Below are positions 11,427-21,228 of a stretch of 64,000 nt of DNA, in pieces (the first letter of the stretch is position 1; the number at the start of each line of letters is the position of its first letter). The DNA lies in contig CAXXSM010000041.1 in the NCBI GenBank assembly GCA_963663405.2, positions 1 to 64,000 of the forward strand, written 5' to 3'. A program made the position numbers and the translations under genes. Below the pieces are notes generated by a model. The model saw only the letters and a list, made by a program, of their open reading frames with translations. It did not search any database and had not been told where the DNA came from. The stretch comes from a bacterium (GTDB lineage: Bacteria > Hinthialibacterota > Hinthialibacteria > Hinthialibacterales > Hinthialibacteraceae).

Positions 11427-12713
11427 ATGTTTGAATTAAGAAAGGCATATCGTGTGATGTGTTTGATTTTATCGTTCACGATTTGGATAATCGGATCGAT
11501 TCTCCCCAGTTGGGGGAGTGAATTGGATTCAGTAACGATTCCGATATCCGGCCTCGCAAATGACGCCGTTCAATTGGAAATGGAGCCAATCCAGGCTGGC
11601 ACGTTTTTAATGGGCCGTATCTCTGGTGACAATGCGCATGATTATGACGAAGATCCCCAGCATTCTGTAACTCTCACTCGTTCTTTCTATATTGGAAAAT
11701 ACGAAATTACCCAAGCGCAATGGGAAGCGGTCATGGGGAATCAGCCCTCCCGTTTCACCGGGCTGAACCGCCCTGTTGAGTGTGTAAACTGGTATGACGC
11801 GGCGCGTTTTTGCAATGCGTTAAGCGAATCCATTGGATGGGAGCCGGTAATATCAGAAACGAATTGGAAAATCAACGTCGAACTGGGAGGAATCCGCCTC
11901 CCCACCGAAGCGGAATGGGAATACGCCTGCCGGGCGGGAGGGGAGACCGTCTACTCATGGGGCAATGACGCCGCGAGCGCAGTCATCGATCAATACGCAT
12001 GGTATTGGGACAATAGCGGAGCTGTGACGCATGATGTGGGCGCCAAACTGCCTAACGCGTGGGGACTGCACGATCTTAGCGGTAATGTATGGGAGTGGTG
12101 CTGTGACAGGACCGATTCGTTTGGCCGGTATCCAACTTCCGCCGTCGATCCCTTGAATCAATCCACTGCTCTTCCATACCGACCGGGCAGGGGAGGCAGT
12201 TGGTTTAATGGCGCCGAAGCGTGCCGATCCTCCAACCGTGACCGGGGTGATCCTGACAGTTTTAATAGTTTTACTGGATTTCGTATCTGCTTTACATATA
12301 TTCAGCAATCCAGTTCAACAAACTCAGGCCCGATCGTCACCATCACGGATGACGTTCATCATATGGTTGACTTGGCGAACGGACAGGATTTCGATGAAGA
12401 ACAATCCCGCGAACTCGTCATCCGGTGGAATCTCGATCCGGAAGTCGTTGATTTTACCGATATTAAAGACGTACACATCTATACGCGAATCGATAATTCA
12501 GAAGACTATTCCTATCTAGGCCGGACAGGTAATGGAGTGGCGAAACTGTTAGTCTGGAAAGCGAATCAACCCAACATCGAATCACAATTTTCAAACGGCC
12601 CAGAATTCGGCCGATCATACCAATTCCGAATCTTCGCATTAACAAAATCAGGAATCCCCATTGCGCATGGCCCATTCGATTGTGTGGGGAGTGTAGAGTT
12701 CTTGGAACGATGA
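11427..12713 (+). CDS. FGE/SUMF1 (formylglycine-generating enzyme-like) domain protein with extra C-terminal domain
   Basis: GTFLMG, YEITQAQW, RLPTEAEWEYACRAG, NAWGLHDLSGNVWEW, RGGSW, GFR. Confidence 0.9.
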   Translation: MFELRKAYRVMCLILSFTIWIIGSILPSWGSELDSVTIPISGLANDAVQLEMEPIQAGTFLMGRISGDNAHDYDEDPQHSVTLTRSFYIGKYEITQAQWEAVMGNQPSRFTGLNRPVECVNWYDAARFCNALSESIGWEPVISETNWKINVELGGIRLPTEAEWEYACRAGGETVYSWGNDAASAVIDQYAWYWDNSGAVTHDVGAKLPNAWGLHDLSGNVWEWCCDRTDSFGRYPTSAVDPLNQSTALPYRPGRGGSWFNGAEACRSSNRDRGDPDSFNSFTGFRICFTYIQQSSSTNSGPIVTITDDVHHMVDLANGQDFDEEQSRELVIRWNLDPEVVDFTDIKDVHIYTRIDNSEDYSYLGRTGNGVAKLLVWKANQPNIESQFSNGPEFGRSYQFRIFALTKSGIPIAHGPFDCVGSVEFLER

Positions 12714-13417
12714 TTATTAATAGTTTTTTTTGATTTGTATAAAACATAAATCCTCAAACTATCTCCAAACCATCTTCATTTTATCTCCAAAGTCTAAATA
12801 TGGAACTCATCTTGTTGTTAAACTCGCCTTGACTTTTAAGAAAATGTATCATAAATTCGAAAAAAGGTAGAGTGATTTTCTGTATGCAATAATTGTTATG
12901 ATATTGCAATACTGCCAGTAATTTTGACAATCAATATTAGGGCACATCACACAATAAAATTATATCCATCATTGAGGAATTTGAGAATTATATATTGTAA
13001 TTATGCAATCAATAAATTTGGACATAGAATTTCAACTAAAAATATGGACAAAAATAATTGTTTTCATATCAACAAATGTTAATTCTTAGGTATATAACAA
13101 ATGAAACAAAACAGATCCCAAACAGAGAATGATTTAACACAAGCCAGGTCATTAATTCAAAAATGCTTGGATAATCAAGATCATTACCTGGATTTAGGTA
13201 ACTGTGGTATTACTGACTTAAATGACCTACCGGAACTCTTTGAATGCACCCATCTAAAAACTTTGGTTTTAAGCCATGAATATTGGGATTATGAGAAAAA
13301 GGAATGGATAAAAAGTCGTAATATAGGATTCGCAAACAGAATAGAAACAATCCCTTCAGATATTTCTATTCTACAAAATTTAAGGAATTTGTTTCTTAGT
13401 GATACTGGAATCACCAA

Positions 13418-14730
13418 TCTGAGTGTCTTAGAACACCTCACCGGATTACAAACGTTATACCTTAGTAATACTGGACTCACGGATCTGAGTGGCTTAGAAC
13501 ACCTCACCGGATTACAAACGTTAGACCTTAGTAATACTGGACTCACGGATCTGAGTGGCTTAGAACACCTCACCGGATTACAAACGTTAGACCTTAGTAA
13601 TACTGGACTCACGGATCTGAGTGGCTTAGAACACCTCACCGGATTACAAACGTTATACCTTAGTAATACTGGACTCACGGATCTGAGTGGCTTAGAACAC
13701 CTCACCGGATTACAAACGTTAGACCTTGGTTTTAATCAGATTTCCGATCTGAGTGTCTTAGAACACCTCACCGGATTACAAACGTTATACCTTAGTGACA
13801 ATCAGATTTCCGATCTGAGTGTCTTAGAACACCTCACCGGATTACAAACGTTAGACCTTAGTGACAATCAGATTTCCGATCTGAGTGTCTTAGAACACCT
13901 CACCGGATTACAAACGTTAGACCTTAGTGACAATCAGATTTCCGATCTGAGTGGCTTAGAACACCTCACCGGATTACAAACGTTGACCTTAGTGACAATC
14001 AGATTTCCGATCTGAGTGGCTTAGAACACCTCACCGGATTACAAACGTTAGACCTTCGTAATACTGGACTCACGGATCTGAGTGTCTTAGAACACCTCAC
14101 CGGATTACAAACGTTAGACCTTCGTTTTAATAAGATTTCCGATCTGAGTGTCTTAGAACACCTCACCGGATTACAAACGTTAGACCTTCGTTCCAATCAG
14201 ATTTCCGATCTGAGTGTCTTAGAACACCTCACCGGATTACAAACGTTAGACCTTCGTTCCAATCAGATTTCCGATCTGAGTGTCTTAGAACACCTCACCG
14301 GATTACAAACGTTAGACCTTAGTTCCAATCAGATTTCCGATCTGAGTGTCTTAGAACACCTCACCGGATTACAAACGTTATACCTTAGTTCCAATCAGAT
14401 TTCCGATCTGAGTGTCTTAGAACACCTCACCGGATTACAAACGTTAGACCTTGGTTTTAATAAGATTTCCGATCTGAGTGTCTTAGAACACCTCACCGGA
14501 TTACAAACGTTAGACCTTGGTTTTAATAAGATTTCCGATCTGAGTGTCTTAGAACACCTCACCGGATTACAAACGTTAGACCTTAGTTCCAATCAGATTT
14601 CCGATCTGAGTGTCTTAGAACACCTCACCAGATTACAAACGTTATACCTTAGTGACAATCAGATTTCCGATCTGAGTGGCTTAGCACACCTCACCGGATT
14701 ACAAACGTTAGACCTTAGATCAAATCAAAT
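13418..14730 (+). repeat. Tandem array of 20 near-identical 66-bp repeats encoding 22-aa LRRs
   Basis: Unit ttagaacacctcaccggattacaaacgtta(g/t)acctt(a/g/c)gt...gatctgagtg(t/g)c recurs every 66 bp; 20 copies counted. Confidence 0.95.
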
Positions 14731-16772
14731 TAAGGAAATACCATTATTCATATTTCAGTTAGGTATGGAGATAAAATTAGTAGAACATGTTTCTGAAGAT
14801 TTGTGCCTTTATAACAATCCAATTGAATCGCCACCAATGGAGATTCTCCGTCAAGGAGAGCAAGCGGTACTCAACTACTTCCAGGAAATCGAAGCCCAGG
14901 GTGTGGACCAGCTGTTTGAAGCCAAACTGCTAATCGTTGGTGAGGGCGGGGCCGGAAAAACTAGCCTGCTTCGCCGCATGTTCTTTCCCAAAATGAACCT
15001 GCCCACCGAAGACGAAAGCACCCACGGTATCGACATCCATACACATAAATTTCCGATATTCGAAGGACGACGCGATTTCAGGCTCAACACGTGGGACTTC
15101 GGTGGCCAGCAGATTTATCACGCCACGCATCAGTTCTTCTTGACAAAGCGTTCGTTGTACGTGCTGGTCGATGATACGCGGAGGAATAGCCGATCGATCC
15201 ATGACGACGATTTCAAGTTCTGGCTGGAGGTCGTCGATACGCTCAGTGAAAGCAGCCCGCTGTTGATCTTTCAAAACGAGAAAAGCGGGCGAAGCAAACC
15301 AATCGATAAAGCAGGCATTATAAAACACTTTCCCAACGTGCAAGGATTCCATCGCGGTAACCTGGAACATCCGGACGCCGCGGATAGTCTGCGCAAAGCG
15401 GTAGAAGATTCCGCTCAGCATTTGTCTCACATTGGAGAGAATGTACCGGCTAAGTGGATCGCGATTCGTAGGGATTTGGAAAACTTGGCGCAAACAAAAC
15501 CACACATCTCAATAGACAAATATTTCGAGGTCTATGACGATCACCTAGGACTAGATCCCAACAAGGCGCTGCGCCTGAGTCAGTACCTGCATGACCTTGG
15601 TGTGTTCCTGCATTTTCAACAATCGAGGGAGCTGCGTCGTACGGTGTTCCTACAGAACCAGTGGGTGACGAAAGCAGTGTTCCTAATACTTGACGACGAA
15701 CTTGTGAAATCCCAACAGGGCCGGTTCACGCTGGCCGACTGCGACCGCCTGTGGTCCGGAAAGGGCTATGCGGACAAGGATGTGGAATTGCGAACTCTGA
15801 TGGTCCTATTCGAACTCTGTTACCGGCTTCCGGATATGGACAAGGAGACGTGGCTGGTTCCGCAGCACCTTTTACCGTCAACGCCGCCGGAACTGAGCAA
15901 CTGGGCTAAGCCCGGTGACCTGATGCTGACGTACCGCTACGAGTTCCTGCCCAAGGGCCTGGTGAGTCGGCTGATCGTGCGGTTGCACCGTTTCGTGAAG
16001 GATACGAATTTATGCTGGTCGCATGGCGCTTTATTCGAGCATGGCGAGTCACAAGCGCTGGTGGAGACAACCACGAGTGGCAACGAAATCACACTCCGGA
16101 GCCGCGGTCCAGAACAGAATGAACTGATGAGTGTCATCGCGAGCGACCTGGATGCCCTGAACGACAGTTTTCCGGGACTCAAAGAGAAAGTTGGGAAGTG
16201 GGTACCATGCACCTGTAAAACGTGTGCGAGCCTGAATGAACCAGCGATGTTCGAACATAAGGAACTGATCGACCGCAAGAGTCGAGGCAAGCTGACAATC
16301 GAGTGTCCAAAACCGCCTGATTATGCAGATGTCAGCGTACTAGAATTACTCGACGGAATGAATCTGAAGCAATGGCTCGCGCGAGCGAGTAAAGATCTAA
16401 TCCAAAACGACGGTGATTCGACAACATCTATCGAAACGGATCAATCTGTTGTGAATGACGGTGTTGTCATCAAGACTATCCGGATCTTCCTGGCGTCATC
16501 ATCTGAACTTCGTAAGGATCGCGACGCTTTCGATCTGTATTTCAGGCAACAGAACGACCGCCTGCGAAAACAGGGCTTGTACCTTGAGATCGTCCGCTGG
16601 GAGGATTTTCTGGATGCGATGTCTTACACGCAACTGCAGGATGAATACAACAAGGAAATCCGCAATTGCGACATGTTCGTCAGCCTATTTAAGACAAAGA
16701 CAGGTAAGTACACAGAGGAAGAATTTGACGTCGCCCACGAGACCTTCAAGGAAACCGGAAAACCATTAATCT

Positions 16773-19103
16773 CAGACCTCCTGAGCTGGGCCGGGGGATT
16801 CCGTAGAGTTGATGATTTTGGCAAGATACCTTTTTGGGGATAAAAATGATCGATCCAAAAAGGAGCCCAGTTGATGCCACAAGGATTCTTACCCCACTTT
16901 GCCGATGTCGAGGAAGGCTACATCACCGATGTACTCTCGTACCGGAAGCAGGACGGTTCGGTCTATTATTTTCATGGCGCCTTTCCTATTTACACGCATC
17001 CAGAAACCGATCAAAAGAGTTTCCGTTTGATTACCAGTCAGTTTATCGTGAACGGGCAATGCACACAGATGGAGATCGTTCGAGCGTTTGGCGTGAGCGT
17101 GATCAGTGTGAAGCGGTGGGTCAAGAAATACCGGGAAGGTGGAGCGGCGGCGTTTTTTGAAACGCCTCGAACACGAGGCGCGCATGTCTTGACGAAAGAC
17201 GTTCTCCAGCAAGCGCAAGAGTTCTTGAACGAGGGGCTCTCTCGAGCGGAGATCGCCGATCAGTTGGGCCTTAAGCGGAATACGTTGAATAAGGCGATCC
17301 AAGCCGGCCGCCTGGTGGAGCCGCTAAAAAAAACGATGCCGGAGGCCGCCCGAAAAGCGAGCGAAGCGTAGAAGACAGCCAAGCGGCGATGGGGATGGGC
17401 TGTACGCGAATGGTGGAGCGGGTCTGCGCGGCGACCGGGCAGTTGGAGGAAGCCCCGACTCGTTTCGAGACGGAATTGGATGTGGCGCAAGGCGGCGTGT
17501 TATGGGCGATGCCCGCGTTACTCGCCAACGGGCTGCTGAAGAATGTCTCGAAGAACTTTTCTCTCCCCAAAGGATTTTACAGTTGCGTCCACATTTTTAT
17601 TGTGTTGGCTTTCATGGCGTTGACGCGGATCAAAACGCCAGAACAGTTGCGCTATCATCCCGCGGGGGAAGGGGGCAAGTTACTGGGCTTAGATCGAATT
17701 CCCGAAGTGCGGACCCTGCGGGAAAAAATCAAAATTCTCGCCCAACCAGACCAGATCAAAGAATGGGGGGACGAATTGTCCCGGGAGTGGATGGAGGCGG
17801 ATCCGGACGCGGCGGGCGTTTTATATGTCGATGGTCATGTCCGCGTCTATCACGGTTCGCAAACGAAACTGCCCCGCCGCTATGTCGCGCGTCAACGATT
17901 ATGTTTGCGTGGACTCACCGACTATTGGGTGAACGACGGCGAAGGCCGCCCCTTCTTTGTGGTGAGCACTCCATTCACCACCGGCTTGTTGGATCGGCTC
18001 AAACAAGACATTGTTCCACAGTTGCTAAAAGATGTTCCCCATCAACCCACGGCCGAAAACCTTGAATCCAATCCCTATCTCCACCGGTTCGTCCTGGTGT
18101 TCGACCGGGAAGGCTATAGCCCCGGATTCTTCGCTCAGATGTGGGATTCGCGGATCGCGTGTCAAACGTACCGCAAGTTTCAGGGAGAAGATTGGCCAGT
18201 TTCAGAATTCGAGACAGTGAATGTGCGTCTGCCTGGTGGGCATGAATCGCCGATGCGCTTGGCCGAGAGAGGCGTCTTTCTGGGAGGAAAAATCTGGGTG
18301 CGGGAGATTCGCAAGTTGGGGGATACAGGGCATCAAACCGCTGTGATCAGTACGGATTATACATCGGATGCGAGTCAACTGGCGGCGCATATGTTCGCGC
18401 GTTGGTGTCAGGAAAACTTCTTTCGGTACATGATGGAACACTTTCATTTAGATGGACTTATCGGGTATGAAACGGTCTTGCCGGATGAGACGGTGAAAGT
18501 GGTGAATCCGGCCTATCGGAAATTGGAAAGCCAGATCAAAAGCCTGGCGGGGAAAAAGACTCGAAAGCAAGCGGAATTCGGCGCCCTTGTCCTAAAGGAA
18601 TCCTCCGATCCGAAAGAGATCGAATGCTATGAAATCCAGAAAGGCGCCCTCCTTGAAGAGATCGGAGGGATGGAGAAACAACTCGATGAGTTCAAGCGGA
18701 GCCGGAAGCAAACGAAAAAGCATATCGCGTTTGTGGACTTGCCAGAGGAGGCAAAATTTCACCAATTGGCTCCAGCGAAGAAACAATTCATGGATACGAT
18801 TCGAATGATTGCGTATCGGGCGGAAACGGCGATGGTGGCAATCCTGCGGGAGGTGCTGAGCCGGGGAGACGATGCGCGTTCGTTGGCGCGGGAAATCATG
18901 ACCACTGAAGCGGATCTGATTCCCGATGAAAAAAATGAGACTCTCACCATTCGACTCCATCACTTGACCAACCGCCTTTCCGATCAAGCCGCCCGCCATT
19001 TGGCCGCTCAATTGAATGAAACCGAAACCATTTATCCTGGCACGAATCTACGTCTCGTTTACCAATTGGTGTCAGATCAATATCCCCCAGATCAGGAGGC
19101 CTG
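16773..19103 (+). mobile_element. Complete insertion sequence (~2331 bp) with DDE transposase, imperfect 18-bp terminal inverted repeats and 5-bp target duplication AATCT
   Basis: Left end cagacctcctgagctggg versus reverse complement of right end caggcctcctgatctggg (16/18); AATCT at 16768-16772 and 19104-19108; removing it restores CCA TTA ATC TAC ACG (PLIYT) in the host gene. Confidence 0.93.
16871..17371 (+). CDS. IS OrfA, helix-turn-helix DNA-binding part of the transposase
   Basis: EIVRAFGVSVISVKRWVKKYREGG and SRAEIADQLGLKRNTLNKAI HTH motifs; RBS AGGAG; A8 run at 17326-17333. Confidence 0.85.
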   Translation: MMPQGFLPHFADVEEGYITDVLSYRKQDGSVYYFHGAFPIYTHPETDQKSFRLITSQFIVNGQCTQMEIVRAFGVSVISVKRWVKKYREGGAAAFFETPRTRGAHVLTKDVLQQAQEFLNEGLSRAEIADQLGLKRNTLNKAIQAGRLVEPLKKTMPEAARKASEA

Positions 19104-19104
19104 A
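17389..19104 (+). CDS. IS OrfB, DDE transposase catalytic part (probably fused to OrfA by a -1 frameshift)
   Basis: LYVDGH...LVFDREG...RWCQENFFRY DDE triad; lies in the -1 frame relative to OrfA and is open back to the A8 run. Confidence 0.88.
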   Translation: MGMGCTRMVERVCAATGQLEEAPTRFETELDVAQGGVLWAMPALLANGLLKNVSKNFSLPKGFYSCVHIFIVLAFMALTRIKTPEQLRYHPAGEGGKLLGLDRIPEVRTLREKIKILAQPDQIKEWGDELSREWMEADPDAAGVLYVDGHVRVYHGSQTKLPRRYVARQRLCLRGLTDYWVNDGEGRPFFVVSTPFTTGLLDRLKQDIVPQLLKDVPHQPTAENLESNPYLHRFVLVFDREGYSPGFFAQMWDSRIACQTYRKFQGEDWPVSEFETVNVRLPGGHESPMRLAERGVFLGGKIWVREIRKLGDTGHQTAVISTDYTSDASQLAAHMFARWCQENFFRYMMEHFHLDGLIGYETVLPDETVKVVNPAYRKLESQIKSLAGKKTRKQAEFGALVLKESSDPKEIECYEIQKGALLEEIGGMEKQLDEFKRSRKQTKKHIAFVDLPEEAKFHQLAPAKKQFMDTIRMIAYRAETAMVAILREVLSRGDDARSLAREIMTTEADLIPDEKNETLTIRLHHLTNRLSDQAARHLAAQLNETETIYPGTNLRLVYQLVSDQYPPDQEA

Positions 19105-19318
19105 ATCTACACGTATTTCAAGAAGACCACCGTCACGACTAACGCAAGAAAACGTAACGATCTGAATTCACTGTGGGACTTTCAGGAGAAACTCAAAGAT
19201 CTTGGACATTTCCAAACGGAGTACACATCAATCGCCGACCTGCAGAAACAATTCCGGGATCAACTGGATAAGCTACGGATGAGCGGTAAACTGTGAGAGG
19301 CGCAACTCATCCCTATCG

Positions 19319-19561
19319 TTAGCTAATACCCTTCAACCTTTTCACTTTCGCAAGAGATACCACATTCGATCCATACCGCTCCAGCATCTCTGCAAGAGTA
19401 TCCTGCGCAAGATGTGCGTACACCTCAGTAGTAGCCTGCGTAGACTGATTCAACGCCTTCCCAATCATAAGAAGAGGTTCCCCGGAAGAAGCCAACATAG
19501 ATCCCGCCGTCCGCCTCAGATCGTGAATTCGAAGATCCGGCATCCCCGCCCGTTCATGCAC
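19319..19561 (-). pseudogene. C-terminal remnant of a tyrosine recombinase/phage integrase
   Basis: AGMPDLRIHDLRRTAGSMLA...IGKALNQ...TTEVYAHL (HxLR box and catalytic Tyr); N-terminal part missing. Confidence 0.8.
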
Positions 19562-19641
19562 TCGGAGCCATGATCAATTCTCGATTCCGCAGCCCAAAGA
19601 ACAAAAAAAAACTACTCCTTTCGTCTACTACCCTAATCAAC

Positions 19642-21228
19642 TCAAACATCCGATATATTCTCCCACCGCATACCCAGTTTTCGCGCCGCGTAGCCCACTT
19701 CTTTCAAATAATCACCATAGACCATCATCCAGTGGGAATCGCGGACTTCGCTGAGCAGTTTCTTCCACTGTCCTTGAATGCGGACATCCTGTTGTGAACG
19801 GCAGATTGGGAGGAAGGGATTGTCCTCGACGTTCCCACGGAAGCCGATCCAACGCCCGGTGGCGTATTCTGGATCGATGAATGTGACTTCTTGGCCAATG
19901 GGGATATCAACCTTCGGCGCGGCTCCATAATCGGATTCTTCATGGGTGTAGATCGTTGTAGGTTCGTAACGGTCCGCATTCATACGGCGGGGCGCGGAAC
20001 AGTGCGCGCAGGTTACGATGCCATTATGCGGGAAGGTCGAATTGTGCAGGAAGACGGGCGTTCCAGTGATGTGGCGTAAAAGAATCCCTGCGGGAATAAT
20101 GACGAAATCCGACTCACAAAACGCGAGAAGTCCTTCATCATTTAAGAGACCGAGTGTCAGACACGCCGTGGTTTTTGAGATGGGAATGACAACGCTCATA
20201 CAGTCTTTAATCGTAAACGCTGTCGCGCCGTTTTCCGCCATGAGTTCTTTAAAGAGTCCATATAAGAGAAACGCGTTCACAATAAATTGCTGATCCGTTT
20301 TTATTGTGGTCTTAGGAATGGAGAGATACGTTTCCGTCCATTGTTTCGCCAACGCCATTTTTCTGGAATCTTTCAGCGCGCCGCGAATCCGGTCTTCCAC
20401 TTGGCCGTAACCGATTTCGATCAGATCCATCCCAAATTTTTCGCGCGCCAGCTGCGGCGCTTCAGACGCGTATTTTCCCCATACGCCACCCAGCGCCACG
20501 ATTTTTGTTCCGCGAAAGTTTTTGACGCCATATAAGGCTCGCAGACGCCATAAGAGTTCATCGCAATCATCGACGACGATATCATCGACATGTGTTTTTC
20601 CCAATCTTGTCGTCCGGGCGCCGGGTGTGTCTTTCTCAGTCTGCAGGTAGACTGTGCTGAGCCCTTCATACCAATAATACGTCGCGCCGGATCGATGCCG
20701 CGCAAAGATGATCGCGTTTCCATCCGGTGGTGTGCAGGCTTGGAGCAGTTGACCTGATCCAGACGCTGGATAGACGATTACGATATCATGATCACTCTGC
20801 CGCGCTCGTTCCGCGTCTTCGGTGGTTTTGACTTTTTGGACAGGGAGTATCTCCAAAGGAAACTCAGCCTTTTCGGAAAGAGAATAGAGTTCCTTGTCAA
20901 TGCGGTCAGCCTCTTTCGCCGCTGATTCATCACTTAACACATCGCCCCAGGATCGCCACGATCTTTCTTTCCTTGGCGTCGCGACGGTGTACATAAGTAT
21001 CGGCTGCACCCGTAGAGGCTTGCCATAATTCACAAATTGAGCGTTGGGATTCCAACTATCCTCTTCCCAAACCGTTTTCCGCTCCGCCTCGGCTCCTAAG
21101 GCGGATATTCCATAGAGAGCCGCGGAAAATCCCGCGCCGCTTTGTACAAACGACCGGCGGGAAAGCGTGTGACTTTGATCGTTGGTCTTCGAACTAGGTA
21201 ATATAGATTGTTTGTGTTGTTCCGTCAT
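19642..21228 (-). CDS. Tat-signal L-fucose/L-arabinose isomerase-like protein
   Basis: LSRRSFVQSG twin-arginine; CESD and AHC metal-ligand motifs; CRSQ..DSHW C-terminus typical of the FucI/AraA-like fold. Confidence 0.7.
   Translation of the reverse strand: MTEQHKQSILPSSKTNDQSHTLSRRSFVQSGAGFSAALYGISALGAEAERKTVWEEDSWNPNAQFVNYGKPLRVQPILMYTVATPRKERSWRSWGDVLSDESAAKEADRIDKELYSLSEKAEFPLEILPVQKVKTTEDAERARQSDHDIVIVYPASGSGQLLQACTPPDGNAIIFARHRSGATYYWYEGLSTVYLQTEKDTPGARTTRLGKTHVDDIVVDDCDELLWRLRALYGVKNFRGTKIVALGGVWGKYASEAPQLAREKFGMDLIEIGYGQVEDRIRGALKDSRKMALAKQWTETYLSIPKTTIKTDQQFIVNAFLLYGLFKELMAENGATAFTIKDCMSVVIPISKTTACLTLGLLNDEGLLAFCESDFVIIPAGILLRHITGTPVFLHNSTFPHNGIVTCAHCSAPRRMNADRYEPTTIYTHEESDYGAAPKVDIPIGQEVTFIDPEYATGRWIGFRGNVEDNPFLPICRSQQDVRIQGQWKKLLSEVRDSHWMMVYGDYLKEVGYAARKLGMRWENISDV

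Larger units (their letters stand above)
13101..19296 (+). pseudogene. LRR-Roc-COR protein with C-terminal DUF4062/TIR-like domain, interrupted by a 1-bp deletion (~13984) and by an IS at 16773-19103
   Basis: 22-aa LRRs; Roc G1 GEGGAGKTS, G2 STHG, G3 WDFGGQ, G4 NEK; COR (YLHDLGVFLHF); C-term IFLASSSELRKDR...TEEEFDVA...KPL|IYTYFKK...LDKLRMSGKL* resumes in frame after the IS. Confidence 0.9.

Noticed and set aside
13289-14592. Antisense Cys-rich repeat ORFs (RSNVCNPVRCSK...)
   Set aside because: Shadow translations of the LRR repeats on the opposite strand.
13418-14730. CRISPR array interpretation of the regular repeats
   Set aside because: The period is 66 bp (22 codons) in frame within a protein, and the variable parts are short and recurrent rather than unique spacers. 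No cas genes are present.
11427-14730. Diversity-generating retroelement: FGE domains are classic DGR targets, and the LRR variable codons (NAC, NGT, NNY) superficially fit adenine mutagenesis
   Set aside because: No reverse transcriptase and no template-repeat copy are visible in the window. The small recurring allele set is better explained by recombination between repeats.
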